54,793 bases of DNA from a virus (taxonomy: Duplodnaviria; Caudoviricetes), in the IMG/VR virus record IMGVR_UViG_3300046373_000093, positions 1 through 54,793 of that record; one strand, given 5' to 3'. How positions within the stretch are numbered: the stretch's first letter is position 1; each line of letters opens with the position of its first letter. This document shows positions 18,015-27,394 of the stretch, in pieces. Position numbers and translations under genes: made by a program. Below the pieces are notes generated by a model. The model worked only from the letters and a program-made list of their open reading frames with translations, ran no database searches and was not told the origin of the DNA.

Positions 18015-18650
18015 TCAGTTGTAGCGAACGACCTTGTTCAGCAGCGAGAAGGTGGCCTTCACGGACATCACGCTGCCCTTGGCCAGGGACGGGTTTTCGT
18101 TGAACGAGCAGTAGCCCGAGTACAGCAGCAGACCACCGCTCGGCAGGGTGCCGATCAGGGCGGCGACCTTCACGCCGTCCGAGATCGCTTTCAGCGCGGC
18201 GTGGTGCGGCTTGGAAGGCTCGTCGGCGATCGTCAGCGTGACGGTGGTTGCGTTGAAGCCATCCGGCAGCACGACGTCGACGGCGCTGTCGAGCAGCGAA
18301 ACGGTCTGGGTCTTGCCGTCGCCGCCCGAAATGTCCGCACCGGGAACCTGGACGATCGGTACGCGGGTGGTGATCTTGCGCACCGAGCCGACGCCGGCGC
18401 CGACCGGAAACAGCGAGGTATCCGAGGTGTCCAGGCCCTCGAACGTGAACCCCGTGCCCGACGGCGATTTGACACGGAACACGCGGTTGTTCGCCTGCCC
18501 CCAGCCGCCGGTGTATTCGACCAGGTCGCCGGCGACGAAGGTGTTGGTAGCGGTAGCCACCGCCTCGGTTGCGTTGGTCAGTGCAGTGATGTTGACGGCT
18601 GCGGCGTACGCCGTCGCCACGGCGAACGAGATGTTGTTGGGCAGTTGCAT
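18015..18650 (-). CDS. Major tail tube protein
   Basis: MQLPN...ITALTNATEAVAT lambdoid tail tube pattern; position. Confidence 0.9.
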   Translation of the reverse strand: MQLPNNISFAVATAYAAAVNITALTNATEAVATATNTFVAGDLVEYTGGWGQANNRVFRVKSPSGTGFTFEGLDTSDTSLFPVGAGVGSVRKITTRVPIVQVPGADISGGDGKTQTVSLLDSAVDVVLPDGFNATTVTLTIADEPSKPHHAALKAISDGVKVAALIGTLPSGGLLLYSGYCSFNENPSLAKGSVMSVKATFSLLNKVVRYN

Positions 18651-18741
18651 GAGGGCCTTTCAGATGGAAAAAAGCCCGGAAACCGGGCATGAAAAAGCCG
18701 CCCGGATCACTCGGGGCGGCTCGGTTTTGAATTTGATACGG

Positions 18742-19092
18742 TCAGCAGAACAGGTAGAATTCCTGCCTGGTCCCGCGGTATTTCGTGGCTTCATCGAAGG
18801 TATCGATGGGAATCGTCAGCACTTCGGGTTGCAAATTGGTTGCGGCGCGCAGCGCGTCTTCCACTTGCTCCGCGATCTGGCCAGCCTCGATAGTCGACTT
18901 GGACCAGACGTTGACCTGCACGCGGCGCTGCCTCTTTTCCGGCTTCTCTCCGCTCAGGAACTCTTGCGGATCGCCGCCGACGACCTGGAAGACGACGTAC
19001 GGGGTTGCCGTGTTCTCGTCAGCCACCAGCGGGAAGACCCGGTCGCCAGCCAAGCCGCGCAGCGCCTCGCGCACTTCAACATGGACGGTCAT
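18742..19092 (-). CDS. Tail terminator (DUF3168-like)
   Basis: RVFPLVA....PYVVFQ...RVQVNVW. Confidence 0.85.
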   Translation of the reverse strand: MTVHVEVREALRGLAGDRVFPLVADENTATPYVVFQVVGGDPQEFLSGEKPEKRQRRVQVNVWSKSTIEAGQIAEQVEDALRAATNLQPEVLTIPIDTFDEATKYRGTRQEFYLFC

Positions 19093-19601
19093 CGGGTTGC
19101 ATTCCTTACCAGTTGCTCCTTCAGCCGCAATGTCATCGCGTTCATGGCATCGCCCTTTTTGCTTTCATAGGCCGGGCGCATGAACGGGTATGCCGGCACG
19201 CGGGCGTTACCGTACTCGAGCTCGGCTGCATGCCGGTGCGCGGCCCAGCCGATCTTCTTGCCGGTCTTCGCGCTGACCTTGGTGTTCTTGGGCACGAACT
19301 TGTGTCCGCGCTCGACGAACCGCCAGTAGAAGGCATCACCGCCGCCGTAGTCGCCTTTCCGGACCGTGACCAGGTACGCCTGCCGCACTGCGCCGTCGGA
19401 GTCCTCCGGTAGGTGCTTCATGATGATGTTCCGGTGGATCGTCCAGGTTTTCGCATGGGACGCCGCGTTGTGCTTGGCCTCCTCCCGAAAGACATCGGCG
19501 CCGGCGACGCCAGCCGCGCGCAACGTCTGCTCGTCCGGCGTCACCTGACCGACAGTTTCAGCCACCGCGCGCAACAAGTCTGAGGTATCAAACCCGATCA
19601 T
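19089..19601 (-). CDS. HK97 gp10-like tail completion protein
   Basis: FYWRFVERGH...PAYPFMRPAYE. Confidence 0.88.
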   Translation of the reverse strand: MIGFDTSDLLRAVAETVGQVTPDEQTLRAAGVAGADVFREEAKHNAASHAKTWTIHRNIIMKHLPEDSDGAVRQAYLVTVRKGDYGGGDAFYWRFVERGHKFVPKNTKVSAKTGKKIGWAAHRHAAELEYGNARVPAYPFMRPAYESKKGDAMNAMTLRLKEQLVRNATR

Positions 19602-19906
19602 TTGACGGCCTCGCAGACGAGGAACATCTTCCGGCGGTCTTTCGAGTCCGGCTGGACCGAGACGATGTTGTAGTCGACGCCCAAGTAGCGTGCGCGCCAG
19701 GACTCATCGACAGCCGGATCGAAGTTGGCGCGGATCGAGCAGCGCTTGATCGCCACGGCAGCATTCGCGCGCATCACTTCCGCGCCTGTCTGGAACAGCA
19801 CGTCGCCCCAGCGATCTGGAAGCGGGGTCCAGCCACCGATCGACTGGCCGGCTGCGTCGCGGTCGGCGGGCGGCTTCAGCGGCGTAAATCGATGGTTCAT
19901 CGTCAT
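19598..19906 (-). CDS. Head closure protein
   Basis: RDAAGQ....W...W...YNIVSV.PD; position. Confidence 0.8.
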   Translation of the reverse strand: MTMNHRFTPLKPPADRDAAGQSIGGWTPLPDRWGDVLFQTGAEVMRANAAVAIKRCSIRANFDPAVDESWRARYLGVDYNIVSVQPDSKDRRKMFLVCEAVK

Positions 19907-20469
19907 GCGTAAAACACCTCGCCCCAGAGCAGGCCTTTGATATTTTGGTTAGTCGGCTGCCCGCCGGTCTGGAAGTGCTCTTGCACGCGCGCCAGGATGA
20001 AACCCGAGATGCCGTCTGGGACTGCAGCAGGGTCAGATCCATACCCGCAGCGGAAGCGGACCTCGACAGCATCGATCATCTGCGCCGTCGCCGGCCAGGT
20101 CCGGCCTGGCGCCAGGACGATGTATCCGGGGTCGGTCTTCCGATCAACCTGATAATCCTGTGGGTCCAGCGTCTGCTGCACTCCGTCGGTGTCGTAGAAC
20201 TTCACGTACTCAACTTCGATCAGCGGCGGCTTGTACAGCCGGATCGATCGCGAAGCCGGGAACGCGTCAAGCGTCAGCTCCCAGGTCTGCGCCATGATCA
20301 GGCGATTCGTTTCGATTTCCGCTTCCGCGGTGTAGGTGCGGATGGCGCGCACGATGTCCGGATCCAGCGCCGACTTTCCGTTTTCGTCGACATCAGCCCG
20401 GGCGTTCGATTGCGCTTCCGCCATAGACACCGCCAGAGCGGTCGGGCGAAGAACGATGTTGAAGCTCAT
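19903..20469 (-). CDS. Head-tail connector (gp6-like)
   Basis: QTWELTLDAFP...AVEVRFRCGYG...VP. Confidence 0.88.
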   Translation of the reverse strand: MSFNIVLRPTALAVSMAEAQSNARADVDENGKSALDPDIVRAIRTYTAEAEIETNRLIMAQTWELTLDAFPASRSIRLYKPPLIEVEYVKFYDTDGVQQTLDPQDYQVDRKTDPGYIVLAPGRTWPATAQMIDAVEVRFRCGYGSDPAAVPDGISGFILARVQEHFQTGGQPTNQNIKGLLWGEVFYA

Positions 20470-20660
20470 CGGTCATTCCTTTGCATTGCGGGTGGCCGCG
20501 CTCCGGCGGGCTGCGAACCAGATACCGCCGGCGCCCGGGCGTACTGCGGCACCGCTTCGGCCGTCGCCTTCGCGCGCTCCGCGTGTCGCTCCTTGAGTGC
20601 TGCGGCGTCGCGTTCCAGTTGGGCGCGCACGGCTGGGAGATCGGCTATGTTGAAGTTCAT
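20466..20660 (-). CDS. Hypothetical protein
   Basis: ATGA-coupled small ORF. Confidence 0.55.
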   Translation of the reverse strand: MNFNIADLPAVRAQLERDAAALKERHAERAKATAEAVPQYARAPAVSGSQPAGARPPAMQRNDR

Positions 20661-21202
20661 GTGTCCACCCGATTGAAGTAGGTCGATTTATCGAATCGTT
20701 CGCCGTTTGCGCACGGCACACGCGCGATCCAGCCCCAGTCGGCCGGCACTGGTCCATCAACACCGCCAAGCCGCACGACCACGTAAGTCCGGCTAATACT
20801 GTCCTTTACCGCTGTTTGCAGAAACGGCCCCTCCAACAGTGCCACTCCCGACAGAATTGGAATGACCTGGGCAGCGCCCGAGGGCGTGGTAGCGCGGTCG
20901 GCCAGCTCCTGCGTGATATCGGTGCCGTACCAGCTGATCTCGTCAGGGTCGCGATCGGTGGTCATTTTGCCGTTGACCAGCGTGGGTAGTTTCATAGTCA
21001 TTCCGTTGATCTCCGTTCTGGCGCCAGTACCGCCGAAAACCGCGACCCTGCTGCCACTTCCGTCGAATACGGCGATGTGCGCCGGGGAAATTCTTGATAT
21101 GTCGATCATGCCGCCAGTTGGCGGCGGATTGGGCGTCACAGCCGGGGCAGCCTGCCCGCCCACCCCGACTGCGCTCATGCCTACCGCGACAAATCCAGTC
21201 AT
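20657..21202 (-). CDS. Putative virion fibre adaptor protein
   Basis: RDPDEISWYGTD...NGERFDKS resembles phage fibre-adaptor proteins. Confidence 0.55.
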   Translation of the reverse strand: MTGFVAVGMSAVGVGGQAAPAVTPNPPPTGGMIDISRISPAHIAVFDGSGSRVAVFGGTGARTEINGMTMKLPTLVNGKMTTDRDPDEISWYGTDITQELADRATTPSGAAQVIPILSGVALLEGPFLQTAVKDSISRTYVVVRLGGVDGPVPADWGWIARVPCANGERFDKSTYFNRVDT

Positions 21203-21211
21203 GCCTACTCC

Positions 21212-21907
21212 CTATCGTGCCGGCAGGCGCTTGAGCGCCGGCACGATGAAATTCGACATGAGGTACGCATACCCTGCGCCGCTAAGGTGGATATGATTTC
21301 CGACTTCGTTGGACGCCAGCAGGCCGTACGCGGATAGAGCTGCTTCGAACGTGGCGTTGTTGTAATCGGGTAGGTTGAAGTTCGAGCCAGACCTGCGCAC
21401 GTCGAACAGCGCCTTCATGCCCATCGAACGGCATTGCGCACGCAGCAGGTCATTGTAAGCATCGATCACTGCATTCTGCGATGTGGTCTGCGCTTGGCCG
21501 AGGTCGGTCTGACGCGGCAGCACTGTACCGCCCAGGATGATCCAGCCAGGATGCGCGGCACGACGGGCTGCGACGTAATCCGACATATCCTGAATCGCCT
21601 GCGCGGCGGCGCGCCCAGCATTGCAGATGCTATTCGTGCCCTCCCAGGCGACCAAGACATTAACCTTACCGTCCACCCAATACGCGTCGGCGCCATGACT
21701 CATCATTTGCTGGGTCGTGTGCCCGCTCACGGCAACGTTGCGAATGGTAGAGGTGGCGAACTCCGGGTACTGCTCTTGCAAGCCGCTCGGCCACGGATAG
21801 GCTGTGGAGTCGCCCGCGCCCGCCGTCAACGAATTTCCATCGCAAACAAGGTTGAGGTTCGCGCCGATCTTAATCCGCGAGATACCACCCAAAATTGGCC
21901 CGAGCAT
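21212..21907 (-). CDS. SGNH/GDSL hydrolase (putative acetylesterase)
   Basis: DGNSLT, NVAVSG, EGTNS, IHLSGAGY blocks. Confidence 0.85.
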   Translation of the reverse strand: MLGPILGGISRIKIGANLNLVCDGNSLTAGAGDSTAYPWPSGLQEQYPEFATSTIRNVAVSGHTTQQMMSHGADAYWVDGKVNVLVAWEGTNSICNAGRAAAQAIQDMSDYVAARRAAHPGWIILGGTVLPRQTDLGQAQTTSQNAVIDAYNDLLRAQCRSMGMKALFDVRRSGSNFNLPDYNNATFEAALSAYGLLASNEVGNHIHLSGAGYAYLMSNFIVPALKRLPAR

Positions 21908-23694
21908 CAGGTTGCCCCCGTTGCGGAAACAACGCTCAGGCTTGCGTTTGCGCCCGGAACAACGCGGTAATACTGCGGAAGTTTGCGCAGACCATTCGTG
22001 CCGGAGTCGTTCGCCACGATAGTGGTCCAGGTTGCACCGCCGTCTTTCGAGACCGCCCAGTCGTAATCCACCAGGTAATCGGCTTTGGTTGCGGTGTTCA
22101 TGATCCTGAATCGGATCAGGTCGCCGTTTGCTGCTGGCACTGAACTGGTGACGTCCTTATTGCCAAATGCGCGATAAGCCCCCCCTCCGTTCGACCACAA
22201 GCTTTGCGTGTCGCTTGCATCATACTTGACGGTTGCTGCCGAAGTGGATACGCCAACCATGAAGTCGCCGGATGTCGTATTAACTTTCCAGATAACTGTA
22301 CCGTCTCCCGAAATGCCTGCGGCAGATACCGCGCCGGTCGCGCCGGTTGCGCCACCAGTTGAGGTATAGGTCCACGGCGCAGAAGCAGATTCCGTGACGT
22401 CAGCAGACTTCGTGCCCGTGAGGCGTACGGTGGTTTGCGCAGACTGAATATTGTTGGTGACGCCCACCGGCCCGAAGCTAGCCGTGACGTTACCGGCAGC
22501 GTCCTGCAAGCGCGGGTTGCCGCTGGGCTGGGTGTAGGTGACGGTGATCGTGTCGCCGGCGACATAGGCGGCACTGCACGTGAGCGACACCACGGCGCCG
22601 CTGATGGCGAGCGACGAAACCGTCTTGCCACCGCTGACCGCAAATGCCGAAGAAGGTGGCGCGCTGGCTGCCAGGCTCTCGCTCATGGTGATCTGGATCA
22701 CGGTCGGTGAAGCGCTGGCCACCTGGGCGCTGCTCACGGTCGGCGGCGTAACGTCTGCCGGCTGCACGTTGTTGGCAATGGCGCGGCCGCTGAAGGACGC
22801 CATCAGGTTGCCCGCCTGATCACGCAGGCCAGCAGATCCCGGCTGGGTGTAGCTGACGGTGCGCGCGGCCTCGCCGTTTGCGAAGGCAGCCGAGACGGTC
22901 AGGTTGACCGCAGTGCCAGCCACAGCGACGCCGGTGATGGTGTGCCCGGTCACGGCGAATGCACTCGCCGCCGGCACGTTGTTCGGGTCCAGGGCCTCGG
23001 ACGCCGTCAGCGTGACGATGGTGGGCGTCGAGTTGGCGACGGCCGCGGCAGTGATGGTCGGAGCAATGGTATCGACCGGCACAGCGCCGACGGCCTGGCT
23101 CACCGCGTACCAGTAGTTGTATCCGTCATACGAGAATTCAAGCACGTTCAGGATGCCGGCGCGATTGTCGTAGTCGGCCGAGCCAACGGCCTGCTTGAAG
23201 CCAGGGAACGTCACTGCGCTCGCACCGTCGGCGATGATGCCGCCATAGGCAAACGCGCCCTTTACCGCGCCGGCGGCAGGCGTGAAGGCCAGTGCGCCGG
23301 TCACGCTGTACTGCGGCATATAGGCGGTGCCAGGGCGAGTCAGCGAGATCGACTGCGAGAACGCAACGTCAAAAACGCCAGCAAGAGCATTGACCTCCTC
23401 CGCGGCGATCACGCATTGAACCGTCTTTGCGCCGGCACCGAAGTTTGTCTTACCTCCCGGGCCGTTGATGCCGTTCAGCACCACATCGCGCGAGAAGGTG
23501 GTTGCACTCAGGATCGTGCAGAGCGACAGCTCCCAGTCCGTGCCCGATTCATCTTCGATGCGCAGCACAACCTGCTTACCGACCGGGATATCCGAAAGGG
23601 GCCGAGCGCGCGCTGCGGCAGTGCTCACCACGGTCGCATTGCCGGTACCGATCGCCGCAGCGGTGGTCGAGGTCTTGATGCAGTTGTAGGTCAT
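21907..23694 (-). CDS. Virion-type protein with two SwmB/Ig-like repeats
   Basis: Tandem DT.AP...I.LT.SE.L...FAV...V.LT...TVSYTQP...L.D.AGN repeats. Confidence 0.75.
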   Translation of the reverse strand: MTYNCIKTSTTAAAIGTGNATVVSTAAARARPLSDIPVGKQVVLRIEDESGTDWELSLCTILSATTFSRDVVLNGINGPGGKTNFGAGAKTVQCVIAAEEVNALAGVFDVAFSQSISLTRPGTAYMPQYSVTGALAFTPAAGAVKGAFAYGGIIADGASAVTFPGFKQAVGSADYDNRAGILNVLEFSYDGYNYWYAVSQAVGAVPVDTIAPTITAAAVANSTPTIVTLTASEALDPNNVPAASAFAVTGHTITGVAVAGTAVNLTVSAAFANGEAARTVSYTQPGSAGLRDQAGNLMASFSGRAIANNVQPADVTPPTVSSAQVASASPTVIQITMSESLAASAPPSSAFAVSGGKTVSSLAISGAVVSLTCSAAYVAGDTITVTYTQPSGNPRLQDAAGNVTASFGPVGVTNNIQSAQTTVRLTGTKSADVTESASAPWTYTSTGGATGATGAVSAAGISGDGTVIWKVNTTSGDFMVGVSTSAATVKYDASDTQSLWSNGGGAYRAFGNKDVTSSVPAANGDLIRFRIMNTATKADYLVDYDWAVSKDGGATWTTIVANDSGTNGLRKLPQYYRVVPGANASLSVVSATGAT

Positions 23695-23981
23695 GCGGGT
23701 CCGCTTTCAGGGATTTCACTGCACTGCTGCAGCTGGATGGTTTTCATCTTCCCGCGCCGCTCGAGCATCACGGTGGTAACGCCGCGCTCTCGCAGCATGT
23801 CGAAGGCCTGGATCAACGCACGCCGGTTGATCTTGCCAACTGCACCGCACAGGTACACGGTCGTGTCGGTCAAGCACTTCACCCTGACGATGGCCAGGTA
23901 CGGCAGGCGCTTCGCGTAGCCGTCTGGCTGGTCGTAGAGGCGGATCGACCATTCTTCAGGAGTCATCGTCAGGTGGGTCAT
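23691..23981 (-). CDS. Hypothetical protein
   Basis: GGAG RBS; ATGA overlap with next gene. Confidence 0.65.
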   Translation of the reverse strand: MTHLTMTPEEWSIRLYDQPDGYAKRLPYLAIVRVKCLTDTTVYLCGAVGKINRRALIQAFDMLRERGVTTVMLERRGKMKTIQLQQCSEIPESGPA

Positions 23982-24002
23982 GTGGATCTCCAAGCGGAGG
24001 TG

Positions 24003-26297
24003 TTACTGCTCCGTCCACGCTTCCCCGGACATCGCAGGAATTGTCACGGTTAGGGTGATGCCCGATTGCGAGCCGACGGCAGCACCGGCGCTCAGGTAGT
24101 CGTACCTCTTCCCCGAGAATGTCTTGATTGCAGTCATCGGCACAGACAGCGTCACAGGGCTGCTTGTTCGATTGACTAACAGACAGATCAGCTTGCCGCT
24201 GTTGGTAAATGCGGCGAATCCAACACCACCAGGTAAAGCCGGTATTCCGCCTACACGCACGGAGCCGATCGGCACGTTATCGGACACAAACAGGAACGAG
24301 TTGTAATTTTCCAGAACTGGCGCGAACTCACCGTGACCGATCGATGGGTCGCTATCTCCCGCTGTCGTGGGCGCTTGGCTGAAAGGTGCTGGCAAACGAG
24401 TTTTCATCAGACCAAAACCGGCAGTGCTTGATGTTGAACCCGACTGCCCGAGTTGCTTCACCATGTGAATGATCGGCATCAGCACCGGCGCATTGCCATA
24501 CACAAGGTTGTGGCAGTCACGCAGCATGTTGTTTGCGCACTGGAACTGCGGCCCGGCACCCGTGTCGAAATATTCACACTCGTTAATCCACCAGTTTGGT
24601 CGCGCGCCTCTTTGCTGTGTTGTGACCACCTTCACGCAATCAGCATCTTTGTAGATCGGTACGATGCTGTGGTAGGTATAGCCAAAAATACGGGTTGGAT
24701 TCGCATTTGAAAATGCAGCGCCGTACAGGCCGTCCGCACTCCCAACATTCAGCAGCGGGGTATTTGCCGCGCCACCGTAGGTAGCCAAGACTGGGCTCGC
24801 GCGCACCTTCGGCTCCAGTATGGTCAGCACATCGCTGTACAGCGTGTCGGAATAACCGCAGGACCCGTAAGCGGCATTGCTGACGTTCGGCTCGTTCTGA
24901 AGGGAGTACATTCGCACCGGGCCGACATTGGTGTGCAAATACTCAAGATCGTTGAGTACCGCATCGGTAAATGCCGCAATTTGTGCGTTGTACTGCGTCG
25001 CATCGCTCGCCCTGATGCTGTCGAGCGTCACTGTTCTGGCATACGAGCCGCCGGCCCACAGCGTATTCAGGTTCGTATTACTGCCGGCATAGGAACTATT
25101 TACCATCCAGTACGGCGCTGGGCACCAGTATTCGGGTTGCAACCCGCCGCCTGCTGGGATGACATTCGTAATCAGAGCTGAAACCGCCACGCTTTGCCCC
25201 GCAAACCGTTCGCCGATATTTTTAGCAAGTCCAGTGGTACTGTCAATATTTCGGTATCCACGATACGCAAAGCCGAGAGGGAAACGCAGATACATGATTC
25301 CCTTGCCGCCACCGGGCATTACCATGCCCCGTAGGCGCGTTTGCTCCGGTGACGTAAGGCTGTACGGGAAGCCCCAAAGGTCTGTTGTGCTGTCCGTGGC
25401 CGGAGTGGTACTACCGCCGTTGAAGCTGTCTGGTTGCAGCTCGATATAGCCGCCTTTATAGGTCTGCGCGACTACGGAAAAGTCCGCTTGTATTGGGTAT
25501 ACCCTCAGAGCGCTACGGTAGGCTTCAATGGCTGCATTCAATTGGGCGTGCTGCGCCGCTGTCAAGCTTGCACCAACAGCCCCGAACTGGACGGTGCTGC
25601 CACCCACTCCGAAGTGAGTGCTGCCTAGTTTTCCAAACCCGAACGTACCATTCACGAGCGCGGTAGATGTCGGCGTTGCAGAATTAAACAGGGCCCCTTT
25701 AATGTATGCCTGCACGTTAGCAGAGTCAGAGCGGTTGACCGCGTACAGACCTGCCCCGCCCGCTTGTGAAATGGCCGTTGTTGGAACGGTTGCAGCAGCT
25801 TGGTTAATCCGGTATTGCATCTTGTCGCTTGAATTGCGGGGAACAATCTGCGTTCCATTTGTGCCGTTGTAAAGTCCGGCGACGTTCCCTCCATACCCGC
25901 TGGATTCAAGTATATAAGCAGCCATCATTGCGCTGTTTTGCTGGAATTTGGCACCTAGCGACGGGTTTAGTCCGGTGTCGGCCCATTGCGAAATGCTGTC
26001 GAACTTATAGCCCACATCCGCCCCGAAAACGGGTTGCCCGTTTGGTGCCAGGGTGTACGCCGCCGATACCCAATTCAGCCTGCCGGCCTGCTCGGTATGT
26101 GCTGCCATGACGTACAGCGCGTCGAGCAGCGACCAGATACCGGCCGTCTTCAGGCTCAAAATCAAGGCATCGATCGCATTCGCCCTCGCTGTGCTCGGCG
26201 GAACCGTCATCCTGGCGATCAAGGCCGCGGTTTCAGGTTGATACGACGGCTGCACGTACCTATGCCGAGCGCCTATGATGATGTTCCGAGGCGTCAT
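24003..26297 (-). CDS. Modular protein: N-terminal virion/lectin-like domain plus clan-A (GH30/GH5-like) glycoside hydrolase
   Basis: SLQNEP acid/base and WINECE nucleophile-like motifs; C-terminal beta-sandwich. Confidence 0.7.
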   Translation of the reverse strand: MTPRNIIIGARHRYVQPSYQPETAALIARMTVPPSTARANAIDALILSLKTAGIWSLLDALYVMAAHTEQAGRLNWVSAAYTLAPNGQPVFGADVGYKFDSISQWADTGLNPSLGAKFQQNSAMMAAYILESSGYGGNVAGLYNGTNGTQIVPRNSSDKMQYRINQAAATVPTTAISQAGGAGLYAVNRSDSANVQAYIKGALFNSATPTSTALVNGTFGFGKLGSTHFGVGGSTVQFGAVGASLTAAQHAQLNAAIEAYRSALRVYPIQADFSVVAQTYKGGYIELQPDSFNGGSTTPATDSTTDLWGFPYSLTSPEQTRLRGMVMPGGGKGIMYLRFPLGFAYRGYRNIDSTTGLAKNIGERFAGQSVAVSALITNVIPAGGGLQPEYWCPAPYWMVNSSYAGSNTNLNTLWAGGSYARTVTLDSIRASDATQYNAQIAAFTDAVLNDLEYLHTNVGPVRMYSLQNEPNVSNAAYGSCGYSDTLYSDVLTILEPKVRASPVLATYGGAANTPLLNVGSADGLYGAAFSNANPTRIFGYTYHSIVPIYKDADCVKVVTTQQRGARPNWWINECEYFDTGAGPQFQCANNMLRDCHNLVYGNAPVLMPIIHMVKQLGQSGSTSSTAGFGLMKTRLPAPFSQAPTTAGDSDPSIGHGEFAPVLENYNSFLFVSDNVPIGSVRVGGIPALPGGVGFAAFTNSGKLICLLVNRTSSPVTLSVPMTAIKTFSGKRYDYLSAGAAVGSQSGITLTVTIPAMSGEAWTEQ

Positions 26298-26716
26298 GCC
26301 AGCACCCATTCATTTGCATTGATGCGCAGCGCCGTGATGATGCCGTATTGAGTAGCGCCCGCGATACCCGAGGGCGTGCGAATGGTAACGTCAGGACCGG
26401 CCGCAAAACTGACACCTCCTGTGCTCATCTGGTACAAGGAGATGGTTGCCTGATTGGGCCACGCCACAGTCGCGTCATTCGGGATGGTATAAACCAGCGC
26501 TCCAGTCGAATTGCCGCGGATCAGGCCGTTGTTATCCGTCAGGGCAAGGGTTTCTGATGTGGTGGACGTGCGCGGCGCTGCTGGTGTGCTGCTGCCGCCC
26601 AGCGCAATCGCTTTCCCATCCGGCCCTACCAGCCCAGTCGTATTGCCTGACGAATCCTTCTTTACTCTCGGCACGCCGAGGATGGCTAAGCCCTTGATGA
26701 ATTCGCCCAGGTTCAT
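26294..26716 (-). CDS. Small fibre-like structural protein
   Basis: LALTDNN..I.....VYTIPND beta-domain typical of fibre tips. Confidence 0.6.
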   Translation of the reverse strand: MNLGEFIKGLAILGVPRVKKDSSGNTTGLVGPDGKAIALGGSSTPAAPRTSTTSETLALTDNNGLIRGNSTGALVYTIPNDATVAWPNQATISLYQMSTGGVSFAAGPDVTIRTPSGIAGATQYGIITALRINANEWVLA

Positions 26717-27009
26717 TGCTTCACCCATCCCGACTCGGTAGTGATCCGCCCCTGGGCGTCATAGCCATAGGTCATCTTGAAGCTGTTGCCGTCCCGATCC
26801 GGGCCGCGCGTCTCGCTCGTAAGGTTGCCGGTGGTTGCGTCGTACTGGCGAGCCGATACCGGCAGAGACTCCAGGTTGAAAAAATAGGCGCGGGTCGTGT
26901 CATGCGTAAGCAGGACGGTGGCCACGATTTCGGCGTGCGTGCCGTTACCCATATCCCGAAGCATCTTCTGCTGGCCGGTGCCGACCGCGTATTTAACGTC
27001 TTGACCCAT
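26713..27009 (-). CDS. Small protein with YD-repeat-like motifs
   Basis: AAGGAG RBS; YDATTGNLTSET and YGYDAQGRITTES. Confidence 0.65.
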   Translation of the reverse strand: MGQDVKYAVGTGQQKMLRDMGNGTHAEIVATVLLTHDTTRAYFFNLESLPVSARQYDATTGNLTSETRGPDRDGNSFKMTYGYDAQGRITTESGWVKQ

Positions 27010-27121
27010 CGGGACTCCTTGTGACATCCGTGTTTAACTCGGCCAGATGGCCGCAAATCTTGACAATGGAAGCCCGAAACCCCAGGCCGGCGAGCTAGGC
27101 GGCGGTTTCGGGCTTCATGGA

Positions 27122-27349
27122 TTACTTTGCACGCGCGCTGCGTCCGACCTTCGATTCGGCCGCGTCACCTGCGACCGGCTTGGCTTCGGCCGGCGCTTCG
27201 ATTGCGGCGACCTCGATCACCAGCCCGTTTGCAGCGAGATCCGCAAAACGCGCACGCGACACCGGGAATGGTGCGCTCGCCGGGTTCTTCGGACCTTCTT
27301 CGCCATAGAAGGTCTTGACGGCCTGTGCCATCATTTGGCTTTCGTTCAT
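27122..27349 (-). CDS. Small capsid-adjacent protein
   Basis: GGAG RBS; directly after capsid gene. Confidence 0.6.
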   Translation of the reverse strand: MNESQMMAQAVKTFYGEEGPKNPASAPFPVSRARFADLAANGLVIEVAAIEAPAEAKPVAGDAAESKVGRSARAK

Positions 27350-27394
27350 CTACCACTCCGAGAAAAGCGGGGCCGCAGGGCGACCCCTCGGCGA

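Noticed and set aside
17623-19170. 355-aa and 340-aa ORFs overlapping tail tube genes
   Set aside because: Alternate-frame or antisense to well-supported structural genes.
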